A stretch of 24,630 nucleotides of DNA from a virus (taxonomy: Duplodnaviria > Caudoviricetes). The notes below the pieces were generated by a model that saw nothing but the letters and a program-made list of their open reading frames with translations, ran no database searches and had not been told where the DNA came from. The stretch is taken from the IMG/VR virus record IMGVR_UViG_3300012038_000039, positions 1 through 24,630 of that record; one strand, written 5' to 3'. The translations under genes and the position numbers were made by a program. Below are positions 1 through 8,286 of the stretch, one piece after another; position 1 is the stretch's first letter; each line of letters begins with the position of its first letter.

Positions 1-684
1 AGTGAGCAGTTCTTCCGGTCGGGGTCGCGGCCTGGCGGCGTGCTCACCGCGCCGGGCGAGATTGGCGAAGAGCAGGCGCAGCGGCTCAAGACGCGCTGGG
101 AGGAAGGCTACTCAGGCGTCAACGCGGGCCGCGTCGCGGTGCTGGGCCTCGGCCTGAAGTACGAGCCGATGACGATGACCGCCACCGATTCGCAGCTGAT
201 TCAGCAATTGAACTGGACGGCGATCAACATCTGCACCGCGTTTCATGTGCCGCCGGCGCTGTTGGATCTCGGCGACCCGTCGAACACCGGCGATCTTGAA
301 AGCTTGCTGCAGAAGTACCACAGCACCTGCATCCAGTCGTTGCTGGCGAACTTCGAGGCGTCGCTGGAGGAAGGGCTGGAGCTGAAGCCGCCGTACGGTG
401 TGGCCTTTGATCTTGACGATCTGATTTGGATGGTCACGGCCACGCGCGTAAAAGCCGCAGCGGACGCGATCGGCGCCGGCGCGCTGTCGCCGAACGAGGC
501 CCGCAACAAATACTTTGGCGTCGGCAAGGTGAAGGGCGGCGAGAGCCCCTATCTTCAGCAGCAATACTTCAATTTAGCGGCATTAGCCGAGCGGGACGCG
601 AGCCAGCCGTTCTCGAAGGCGCCCGCGGCGACACCGGCCGCGCCGGCGGCAGCCGAAGGCGATGTGCTCGAGGATGCGTCATGA
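1..684 (+). CDS. HK97-family phage portal protein, C-terminal part (5'-truncated by window)
   Basis: Frame open from base 1 (SEQFFRSGSRPGGVLTAPG...). Portal motifs: NAGRVAVL..GLKYEPM, ICTAFHVPP, LSPNEAR, GGESPYLQQQ. Its stop overlaps the next ATG (ATGA 681-684). Confidence 0.92.
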   Translation, partial: SEQFFRSGSRPGGVLTAPGEIGEEQAQRLKTRWEEGYSGVNAGRVAVLGLGLKYEPMTMTATDSQLIQQLNWTAINICTAFHVPPALLDLGDPSNTGDLESLLQKYHSTCIQSLLANFEASLEEGLELKPPYGVAFDLDDLIWMVTATRVKAAADAIGAGALSPNEARNKYFGVGKVKGGESPYLQQQYFNLAALAERDASQPFSKAPAATPAAPAAAEGDVLEDAS

Positions 685-974
685 CGCTCGCGACGCTGGC
701 TGAAGCCAAGGCGCACCTGCAGATCACCGACGCCACGCGGGACGCCGAGGTGACGCAGTTTCTCGAGCTCGCCAGCGCGCAAGTCTTCGACTACATCGGC
801 ACGCGCGCGGATCCGCTGTGGGACCAGTTGACGGCGCCGCCGGTCGTGCGGGCGGCCACGCTGAAGGCGGTCGTGTGGAATTGGGAACACCGCGGCGATG
901 ACTCCGACGAGTCGGCGCTCTGGTCGGCTATCGGCGCGCTGCTCATGCGGACGCGCGACCCGGCGCTGGCATGA
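681..974 (+). CDS. head-tail connector protein (HK97 gp6 / SPP1 gp15-like)
   Basis: MTLATLAEAKAHLQI...D.EVTQFLELA...PPVVRAATL...WEHR matches the gp6-type pattern. ATGA-coupled to the portal; true start is 681, not the ORF-track 426. Confidence 0.85.
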   Translation: MTLATLAEAKAHLQITDATRDAEVTQFLELASAQVFDYIGTRADPLWDQLTAPPVVRAATLKAVVWNWEHRGDDSDESALWSAIGALLMRTRDPALA

Positions 975-1339
975 CGATTCGCGCGGGCCGCCTGCGCGCG
1001 CGGCTGACGGTGACGAGCGAGCAGCTGGTGGACCGGCCCGACGGCGGGCAGGACATCCAGCACGTGGCGGTGGTGGTGGACGCGGGCGCCGACGTGGTGC
1101 CGATTGCGAGCGAAGAGCGGTTACAGGTCGGCGGGCAATTCGCGACGGCCACGCATCGCGCGCACCTGCGGCAGCCGTACGACGCGACTGGCCGGGTGAT
1201 TGTCCTGACGCCAGCCATGACGGCGACGGCGAAGCACGGCGCGACCGGGACGGTGACGGACTACGGGATCGTGAGCGTCACGGACGTCGACGGCCGCGGG
1301 AAAGAACTCGAGCTGGTGCTCGAAGAGCGGGTGACGTAG
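971..1339 (+). CDS. head closure / head-tail adaptor (SPP1 gp16-like)
   Basis: N-terminal IRAGRLRARLTV and C-terminal DVDGRGKELELVLEE are typical. Lies directly after the connector with an ATGA overlap. Confidence 0.8.
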   Translation: MTIRAGRLRARLTVTSEQLVDRPDGGQDIQHVAVVVDAGADVVPIASEERLQVGGQFATATHRAHLRQPYDATGRVIVLTPAMTATAKHGATGTVTDYGIVSVTDVDGRGKELELVLEERVT

Positions 1340-1725
1340 TGGCGAAGCCCTGGAAGGTCAGCATCGACGGGCAAGAGGAACTGCGGCGCCGCCTGAAGGC
1401 GATTCTCGCCATCGTGCGGAAGGAAGTGGGCGCCATCAATTACGAGAGCGCGCAGCGGGGCGCCGATCGCGCGCGGCAGTTGGCGCCGTCTCGCACGGGC
1501 GCCTTGCTGGCGTCCATCGAGGTCAAGGGCGGCGGCACGACGTGGCGCTTCGGGGCGTACGGCTATGAGGGGCGGCCGATGGTGCCGATCTGGGTCGAGT
1601 ACGGGACGAGCCGCACGCCGGCGCAGCCCTACATGCAGCCGGCCTCGGAATTCGTGCGGACGCTGATCCCGAAGGACACGCGGACGCTCGCGCGGGAGTT
1701 GCCGTTCCTGGTGCGGCAGGCGTGA
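1339..1725 (+). CDS. HK97 gp10-like neck/tail component
   Basis: GTG at 1339 overlaps the upstream TAG. Motifs ARQLAPSRTGAL..SI and VEYGTSRTPAQPYMQPA. Confidence 0.85.
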   Translation: MAKPWKVSIDGQEELRRRLKAILAIVRKEVGAINYESAQRGADRARQLAPSRTGALLASIEVKGGGTTWRFGAYGYEGRPMVPIWVEYGTSRTPAQPYMQPASEFVRTLIPKDTRTLARELPFLVRQA

Positions 1726-2165
1726 CGGAGCTGTGGCCGGCGGCGGTGCGGACGATCTCGCCGGGCGAACAGGTCGAGACGACGGTCGTGCAGCGGCTGC
1801 GGAACGACCCGGACATGACGGCGCTGGTGGACGGCCGGGTGTATACCGCCATCCCGCCGAATGCGGCCTTTCCGCTGGTGCTCGTCGGCAGCACGACGGA
1901 CATTCCGTTTAACCGCTTCCGGCATGCCGGCAGCGACTGCACGGTGACGGTGCGGGCGAGCTCGCAGCAGATGGGCACATGGGAAGCACACCGCATCGCG
2001 ATGCTGACGCGCGCGCTCAACGAAGGCCAGGACGAGATCCCGTTCGGGCCGTTCCGGGCGGCGCGGTGGACGTTCGAGAGCGCGTCGGGGTTCGAGGAGG
2101 AGTTGTCGGGCATGGTGACGTATCACCGCCCGGTGCTGATCCGGGTGCGCGTGACGATCGCCTGA
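1722..2165 (+). CDS. tail completion/terminator protein (DUF3168, SPP1 gp17-like)
   Basis: LRNDPDMTALVDGRVYTAIPPNAAFPLVLVG motif; canonical position before the tail tube. Confidence 0.8.
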   Translation: MTELWPAAVRTISPGEQVETTVVQRLRNDPDMTALVDGRVYTAIPPNAAFPLVLVGSTTDIPFNRFRHAGSDCTVTVRASSQQMGTWEAHRIAMLTRALNEGQDEIPFGPFRAARWTFESASGFEEELSGMVTYHRPVLIRVRVTIA

Positions 2166-2353
2166 TGCAGACGATCGCCACGCAGCTGCACGCGATGACA
2201 GAGCTGTTGCTGGCGCTGGTCGGGCCGCCGCCGGCGCCGGCGCCGGTGGATCCGGCCGCGCCGTGTGTACACCCACGGCGCACGCCGCTTGGCACGCTGG
2301 CCGCGCCGCGGCGCTGGTGGTGTGAGGACTGTTCCACGTTTTTCGAGGAGTAA
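2165..2353 (+). CDS. small hypothetical protein, putative Zn-ribbon (CxH...CxxC)
   Basis: TGATG coupling at 2163-2167. 62 aa with CVHP...WWCEDC; fills the gap before the tail tube gene. Confidence 0.55.
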   Translation: MQTIATQLHAMTELLLALVGPPPAPAPVDPAAPCVHPRRTPLGTLAAPRRWWCEDCSTFFEE

Positions 2354-2359
2354 CGCATC

Positions 2360-2869
2360 ATGCCCGCAGCCCCGATTCTGACCGGCGAACCGCAGCCCGG
2401 CATTCACACCTACTTCGCGCTCGGCGAGGCGGCGACGCCGACCGTCGTGCAGGATATTTCCGACTTCCTGACGAGCGTGGAGCCGTCCGAAGACACCGAC
2501 GAGCTCGACGCGACCACGTTTCGCAACACGTCAAAGCGCATTCTGGCCGGGTTCAGCACCATCAGCTACACGCTGACCGGCTACTACTCCGAAGAGGCGT
2601 ATGAATTCTTCGCGCCGCTGCGGAAGATGACCGGCATCTCCTACGAGTACGGGCCGGGCGGCAACGAAGACGGCAAGACGAAAATCAGCGGCCTGTGTAC
2701 CGTGTTCTCGTTTGCCGACCCGTCGGCCAGCGTCGATGCCGTCAACGGGCTGACCGTGGAGCTGCGGATCGAGACGCGCACCATCGGCGTGTTCTCGGCC
2801 GTGCTGCTCGACGAGGGCGGCGAGGCGGCGGCGGCGGGCGTGCCCGCGAAGCGCAAGTCTGCGGCATAA
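2360..2869 (+). CDS. major tail (tube) protein
   Basis: GAGGAG RBS upstream. DISDFLTSVE...DELDATTF...GF, YEYGPGG pattern of siphovirus tail tubes; position before chaperone and tape measure genes. Confidence 0.8.
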   Translation: MPAAPILTGEPQPGIHTYFALGEAATPTVVQDISDFLTSVEPSEDTDELDATTFRNTSKRILAGFSTISYTLTGYYSEEAYEFFAPLRKMTGISYEYGPGGNEDGKTKISGLCTVFSFADPSASVDAVNGLTVELRIETRTIGVFSAVLLDEGGEAAAAGVPAKRKSAA

Positions 2870-2878
2870 GAGGCGCCC

Positions 2879-3271
2879 ATGAATCTCCGTTTGCCGGTGT
2901 CGGGTTTGAACCTCAAGTTCAAAAATGGACATTTGCGGGAACTCAACGCCGATCTCGCGGCGCACGACCGCACCATCGCCGATCTCGGCGCGGACCAATG
3001 GCTGACGGCCGCGCGGCTCGTGCAGGTCGGCCGCAAGTTTGAGCAGACGATCACCGTCGAAGAGGCCGACGAGATCATCGACGCCGAAAAAGAAGGCGGC
3101 GTGGACTTCGACGAGCTGCTGGCCGCCATGGTGCGCGCGGTGCGCGGCAAGATGACTCGCCCGCTGAAGATTCACACCCTCGACGAGCTCGACGCCGAGG
3201 AGGGCGCGGCCGACGACGCGCCAAAAAAAAGCGACCTGACCCGCGTCGCGCCGATGGGACGAGTGTCATAG
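2879..3271 (+). CDS. tail assembly chaperone (lambda gpG-like)
   Basis: Lies between tail tube and tape measure genes; acidic; carries slippery CCA AAA AAA AGC near its 3' end. Confidence 0.75.
   Translation: MNLRLPVSGLNLKFKNGHLRELNADLAAHDRTIADLGADQWLTAARLVQVGRKFEQTITVEEADEIIDAEKEGGVDFDELLAAMVRAVRGKMTRPLKIHTLDELDAEEGAADDAPKKSDLTRVAPMGRVS
3223..3231 (+). other. programmed -1 ribosomal frameshift site (A AAA AAA)
   Basis: A8 run at 3223-3230 in a GC-rich gene, phased as X XXY YYZ in the chaperone frame. Confidence 0.8.
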
Positions 3272-3564
3272 ACGACCAGGAGCGCGTCGCGCTGCGGGAG
3301 CTGGGGCTGCTGCCGTGGGAGTTCGACGAGCTCGACCCGTGGCAGTTCCGCCAGCTGCTCGCCGGGCATCGCGCGCGGCAACGGGACCGCTGGACGCAAC
3401 TGGCGCAACTGGCCGCCTGGCTGCTCTCGCCGTATTCCAAACGCAAGCTGTCAGTCAAGAACTTCATGAAGTTTCCGCCCGATCCGCTCGACGCTGAGGA
3501 CGCCGACGAGCGGCCGGCCCCGCCGCGCCCACAGCGCCGCCCGCGTGTGGTGACCCGTGGCTGA
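3229..3564 (+). CDS. frameshifted C-terminal extension of the tail chaperone (gpGT-like, -1 frame)
   Basis: The -1 frame after the A8 run reads KRPDPRRADGTSVIDDQERVALRELGLLPWEFDELDPWQFRQLL...VVTRG* to TGA 3562-3564 with no early start codon. LGLxPxEF motif typical of gpT-like segments. Confidence 0.8.
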   Translation, partial: KRPDPRRADGTSVIDDQERVALRELGLLPWEFDELDPWQFRQLLAGHRARQRDRWTQLAQLAAWLLSPYSKRKLSVKNFMKFPPDPLDAEDADERPAPPRPQRRPRVVTRG

Positions 3565-6532
3565 TATCGCCACGCTGACCGTTCGGATTAACGCCGCGAC
3601 GGGCGAGCTGACCGCCGAACTCAAAGGCCTCGAGCAGTCCGTCAATAAGACCTTCTCGTCGCTGTCCACGATGTCCGTGGCCGCGGGCGTGGCGCTGGGC
3701 AATCTAGCCGTTAAAGGACTCGGTGTCGTCACGCAGTATGCGACCGACGCGGTTCGAGACGTCATTGTCCTCGGCGGAACGCTGACGGATCTCTCGGCGA
3801 AAACCGGCGTGTCCATGCGGACGCTGCAGGAATGGGGGTTTGCCGCCGAGCAAGCAGGGAGCAGTCTTGAGGCGGTCACACGGGCGAGCACAGAGCTCGG
3901 CCGCCGGGTGTTTGAAGGCTCGAAGGGCACAGGGGAGGCGCTGGCGAGCATTGGGTTGAGCATCGGGCAGATTCTGGCGCTGAACCCGGAGCAGCGGTTT
4001 GAGACGGTCGCGGCGGCGATCGCGAAGATCGAAGATCCCGCGGCCAGGGCGGCGGCCGAAACGGCCTTACTAGGCAAGGCCGGCGTGGCGTTGGATCCGG
4101 CGATTCAGAGGTTCGCCGCCCTCACCGAGCAAGCGCGAAACCTGGGCATCGCGATCTCAGACGAGACGCTGCGCGCCGCCGACGAATTCGGCGATCAGAT
4201 GGATATCCTCACGGCGCAGGGGAAGGCGCTGATTGCGGAATTCCTACAGCCGATGCTGCCGTTGATCGCGCAAGTGGCCACCGCGATGACCTCGTTTGGG
4301 AAAGATGTCCTCCCCGGCGTGCGTGACTGGATCGTCAACATCGCCAGATCGTTTATTGAATTTGATACGGGCATCCAGAAGGTCATTCGCGGGTTGGCGG
4401 AAGCCGCGCAGTGGGCGCCGAACTTTGTCGTGAATCAAGAGCAAGTGGCGGCGGCGATCGGCCGCGCGAATGCCGTGATTGCCGCCAATGAGGCGCGGCT
4501 GAAGGGGCTGGACACCCAGATCCGCATGGTGTCCAGCCATGTGACATCCGACTTCACGCCGGCAGTTGGCCGCAGCGCAGAGGAATTAGCAAGGCTGAAG
4601 GCCGAACAAGAGAAGGCCGCCGCCGCGGCGAAGAAGCACGCCGACGAACTGGCGCGACTGAGCGGTGCCGATGTCCTCGCGGGTGCGGCCAAGCTCGCCG
4701 CCAACATCAAAGAGATCGGCGGCGTCAGCAAGATCGCCTTTACCGAAGTGGAGCGCGTCCACGAGGAATTCACGAAGGCCATCCAGATCGCCGAGCAGCG
4801 GGGGCAGGTCGTGCCGCAGTGGTGGCGGGACATCGCCTTCGAGACGCGGAACGCACAGGCCGACCTGGCCGACTATCACACCGGGTTCGCCGGGCTGCTC
4901 GACGCCTTCGCGCGGGCCGACATCACCGTGCCCAAGCCGCCGCAGGGGCTCGTCGAGGGGTTCGGCGACCTGCTCAAGATCTTCCCGCAGATTGCCAAGG
5001 AGCGCGACGAGGCGCTGAAGCCGCCGAAGGATGTGGAGGACTGGAAGGATTACGGCACGCAGAGCACGCAGACGATCCAGCGCACGCTCGAGGGCGGCAG
5101 CAACATCGGCGCGGCCATCGGCGCGCAGATCGGCCAGATGATCGGCAAGGAGATCACGAAGGCCATCGTCGAGAGTATGTCGAAGAAGGCCGCCGCGCAG
5201 TGGGGCGAGGCGATCGGCGGGCTGGTGGGTATCGGCGTCACGCTCATTGGCGCGGGCTTCAGCAAGCTGTTCGGGCCGGGCGAGCACGAGAAGGTGAACG
5301 ATATGCGCGACGCCTTCATCGATGCGGCCGGCGGGCTGGCCGCGCTGAATGTGAAGGCGCATGACGCGGGGATGACGCTCGACGGCCTGCTGCAGGCGAA
5401 GTCGGTCAAGGCCTATGAGGCCGCCGTCAAGAATCTGACCAGTGCGATCGGCGCCGCGGAAAAGAAGGCGCACGATTTCGCCGCCGCGCTGCAATTGGCC
5501 GGTGGCAAGAACTCACTGCTCAGTCCAGAGCTGCTGAAAGGCCTACAAGATCTGAAACCCGGCACCGAGGGCGCCGCCGCCGCCTTCCAGTTCTTCCAGC
5601 AGCAGACGCAGCTCGCGTCGAGTGGCCTCAACGCCTTCCTGCAGAACGCCACCATCACGACGCAGGCCTCCGCGACCGCGATTACCGGCGCGCTCGGCGG
5701 CATCTACGAAGACCTCCGCGCGCAAGGGCTGTCCTCGACGGAGGCCTTCGCGCAGCTGCAACCCACGATCACCGCGCTGGCCGCGCAACTGACGGCGACC
5801 GGGCTGTCCGGCGGGGCGGCGTTCCAGGCGCTGGCCGATCAGGCCGCCGGCGCCGCCGATACCGTCGCCGGACCACTGTTCACCGCGGCGGCGGGCCTCG
5901 GCGACCTGCTCGTCGCCACGGCGAACACCGGGCGGCTCACGCAGGACATGTTTACCGGCCTCGCCGGCGAAGTGACGGCGACGTGGAAGCAAATCGAGCT
6001 CGCGGGGCGCGGCGGCACCGCCGGCATCGCGAATATGCAGAAGCCGCTGCAGGTCGTGTGGGAGCTCTGGAAGGATCAGGGCTACGCGATCGACGACACG
6101 ACCGCGGAGCTGCTGACGTTCGCGGAGAACAGCGGGCAGGTGGGCGACCAGTTCCGCAGCGACCAGGACAAGATGCAGAAGGCGGTCGAGCTGCTCATCA
6201 GCCGCATTGACCTGCTCGTGAAGACGCTGACCGAGAACTTGCCGAAGGCCGCCGCATCGGGCGCGCAGGGGCTCGAGACGGCGCTGGGGCAGATCGAGCC
6301 GCCGGTGATTGACGTTCACTTCCGCTACGTGGCCGACAACGACCTGCCCGAGGGCGGTGGGACCGGCGGCGGGGCCTCAGCCTTTGGGGCGCCGACGGCG
6401 CTGACGCCGACAAGCCTCATGGGCGCCGCCACTGTCCGCGTGGCCGTGCAGATTGACGGCGAGCGCATCGCCGAGGCCGCCGCGCGCTATAGCGGGCGCG
6501 TGCTGACGCCGTATGGCGTGGGCGTGGCCTGA
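3557..6532 (+). CDS. tail tape measure protein
   Basis: 991 aa, Ala/Gly-rich and helical. N-terminus ADIATLTVRINA; LTDLSAKTGVS..TLQEWGFAA motif; follows the chaperone pair. Confidence 0.92.
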   Translation: MADIATLTVRINAATGELTAELKGLEQSVNKTFSSLSTMSVAAGVALGNLAVKGLGVVTQYATDAVRDVIVLGGTLTDLSAKTGVSMRTLQEWGFAAEQAGSSLEAVTRASTELGRRVFEGSKGTGEALASIGLSIGQILALNPEQRFETVAAAIAKIEDPAARAAAETALLGKAGVALDPAIQRFAALTEQARNLGIAISDETLRAADEFGDQMDILTAQGKALIAEFLQPMLPLIAQVATAMTSFGKDVLPGVRDWIVNIARSFIEFDTGIQKVIRGLAEAAQWAPNFVVNQEQVAAAIGRANAVIAANEARLKGLDTQIRMVSSHVTSDFTPAVGRSAEELARLKAEQEKAAAAAKKHADELARLSGADVLAGAAKLAANIKEIGGVSKIAFTEVERVHEEFTKAIQIAEQRGQVVPQWWRDIAFETRNAQADLADYHTGFAGLLDAFARADITVPKPPQGLVEGFGDLLKIFPQIAKERDEALKPPKDVEDWKDYGTQSTQTIQRTLEGGSNIGAAIGAQIGQMIGKEITKAIVESMSKKAAAQWGEAIGGLVGIGVTLIGAGFSKLFGPGEHEKVNDMRDAFIDAAGGLAALNVKAHDAGMTLDGLLQAKSVKAYEAAVKNLTSAIGAAEKKAHDFAAALQLAGGKNSLLSPELLKGLQDLKPGTEGAAAAFQFFQQQTQLASSGLNAFLQNATITTQASATAITGALGGIYEDLRAQGLSSTEAFAQLQPTITALAAQLTATGLSGGAAFQALADQAAGAADTVAGPLFTAAAGLGDLLVATANTGRLTQDMFTGLAGEVTATWKQIELAGRGGTAGIANMQKPLQVVWELWKDQGYAIDDTTAELLTFAENSGQVGDQFRSDQDKMQKAVELLISRIDLLVKTLTENLPKAAASGAQGLETALGQIEPPVIDVHFRYVADNDLPEGGGTGGGASAFGAPTALTPTSLMGAATVRVAVQIDGERIAEAAARYSGRVLTPYGVGVA

Positions 6533-8286
6533 TGGCCGCCACGCTCGCGCGCTGGACGCCGCGGCCGGTGCCGCGCACCGTGGACGGGACCAGCCTGCTC
6601 ATCGGCGGCCGGGAAACCACCGACACCGACCTGCACGCGCAGTCGCTGCGGTGCGAACGCCTGCTCGACGCGCGCGGCAAGTTCTCCTGCCAACTCGCGG
6701 CGCCGCCGGTCGTGCCGACGGTGGATATGGACGTGCTCTTTACGCTCGAAGGCACCGCGGTGTTCGGCGGCATCGTCGTGGACCTTGCGCGGAACGGCGA
6801 CCTCTGGACGGTGACGGCCGCCGACAACCTGGCCATTTGTGACGGCCTGCTCATCAACGCCCCGTCGCCGGCCGGCACGTTGAAGGTGGTGCTCGACTGG
6901 ATGGTGGCCTACGCGCTGGGCGGCTACGGCTTCACCGTCGATGCGGCGATGACGGCGACGCCCGGTCCCGTGGTCCCGGCGCAGCTGTGGGCGATGACGT
7001 CCTTCGCCGCCGCGCTGAAGCAGTTGGGCATCCTGAGCGGCTGGTCACTGACGGTATCCCCGACGCGCGTGCTCCGCATGTATCCCGGCGGCGCGGTGCC
7101 GGCGCCCTGGGCGATCAACGAGACGACCGACACCATCCAGTCGCTGACCGCCCGGAGCTCGCGCGAGGGCCACGCGACACACGTCTGGGTCCGGTATGGC
7201 AGCGGGGCGCCGACGACGGTGACGTGGGCCGCGTGGGGCGATGGCGCGGCCGTCTCGTGGCAGTCGCCGTATTACGTGGCCACGCCGCCGGGCACGGTCA
7301 GCGTGTCGGCGGTGGTGTATCCGCTGGCGCCGTATCCGCCGACGGGCGGCTGGACGGGCTGGACGTGGGAAACGCTCGACGCCGTGGGGCGGTTGCATAT
7401 GCCGGCGGGCGCGACGCCGCTGACCGGGCTGGAATCGGCGACGGTCGTCTTCGAGGCCGCCTGGCCGTCGGTGGTGGTCGCGGTGGATGCCACCTTCCCG
7501 CTGCACACAATGGTCGTGATCGACTACCCGGATGTCTTTGAGTACACCACGGCGCAGGCGCTGGCCGATGGCGAGCTCGCGCGGCGCCAAGGGTTCCCGC
7601 AGCGGTTCACGCTCCGCACCGCGCGCGTCGGTCTGCAGCCGGGCCAGACCGCGGCGATCGATGTCCCGTCGATGGACTTGGACACCGACGCGCTGGTGAC
7701 CGGCGTGCGGCTGGTGCATACGCAGAATGTCGGGCCGACCGGCGTACCCTGGTGGGCGTTCGATGTGGAGCTCGTCGAGGCGAACGCGAGCCGCGGGAAC
7801 TGGCTCACCTTCTGGGAGCAGCTGAAGGGCGGCGCGGCCGGCGGCACGGGGTCGAGTGTGACCGGCACCATCCCGCCCGCCCCGCCGAGTGGCGGCGGCG
7901 GCGGCGACGGGGCAGGGTATGCAACGTGGCCGCTCGGCGGCGATCACGACAGCGGCAGTCCGAGCCCCACGGCGGCGACGTGGCTCCCGATTCCGAACGC
8001 CTGTTTTGCCACGGCGCCGGCGGCCTTCACGGGGCGCACCTGGACGGTGTATGCCACGGTGAAGCGGCTGCTCGGCGCCGGCACCTTTCAGCTCGCGCTG
8101 ACGAACACGGCTTCCGGCATCAACGCCGCGACGTCCGCGGTCATCACGTTTGCGACGGGGGAATTTGCGGCGGTGTCGTTTACGGCGCCGGTCGCGCCGG
8201 GCGAAACCTATCACTTGCGCGGGTTGACGAGTGACGCGGGAACGATCGTTGGCGTCACGGGCTATCTCGAGGCGGTGTCGGCGTGA
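6532..8286 (+). CDS. tail tip / baseplate hub-like protein with C-terminal beta-sandwich after a Gly/Pro linker
   Basis: TGATG-coupled to the tape measure gene. Hub-like segment FTLRTARVGLQPGQTAAIDVP; linker PPAPPSGGGGGDG. Confidence 0.65.
   Translation: MAATLARWTPRPVPRTVDGTSLLIGGRETTDTDLHAQSLRCERLLDARGKFSCQLAAPPVVPTVDMDVLFTLEGTAVFGGIVVDLARNGDLWTVTAADNLAICDGLLINAPSPAGTLKVVLDWMVAYALGGYGFTVDAAMTATPGPVVPAQLWAMTSFAAALKQLGILSGWSLTVSPTRVLRMYPGGAVPAPWAINETTDTIQSLTARSSREGHATHVWVRYGSGAPTTVTWAAWGDGAAVSWQSPYYVATPPGTVSVSAVVYPLAPYPPTGGWTGWTWETLDAVGRLHMPAGATPLTGLESATVVFEAAWPSVVVAVDATFPLHTMVVIDYPDVFEYTTAQALADGELARRQGFPQRFTLRTARVGLQPGQTAAIDVPSMDLDTDALVTGVRLVHTQNVGPTGVPWWAFDVELVEANASRGNWLTFWEQLKGGAAGGTGSSVTGTIPPAPPSGGGGGDGAGYATWPLGGDHDSGSPSPTAATWLPIPNACFATAPAAFTGRTWTVYATVKRLLGAGTFQLALTNTASGINAATSAVITFATGEFAAVSFTAPVAPGETYHLRGLTSDAGTIVGVTGYLEAVSA

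Noticed and set aside
426-1725. Long ORF-track starts at 426 and 898 (also 10469, 11654, 22102, 23879)
   Set aside because: The extensions overlap real upstream genes in another frame; coupled or RBS-supported downstream starts fit better.
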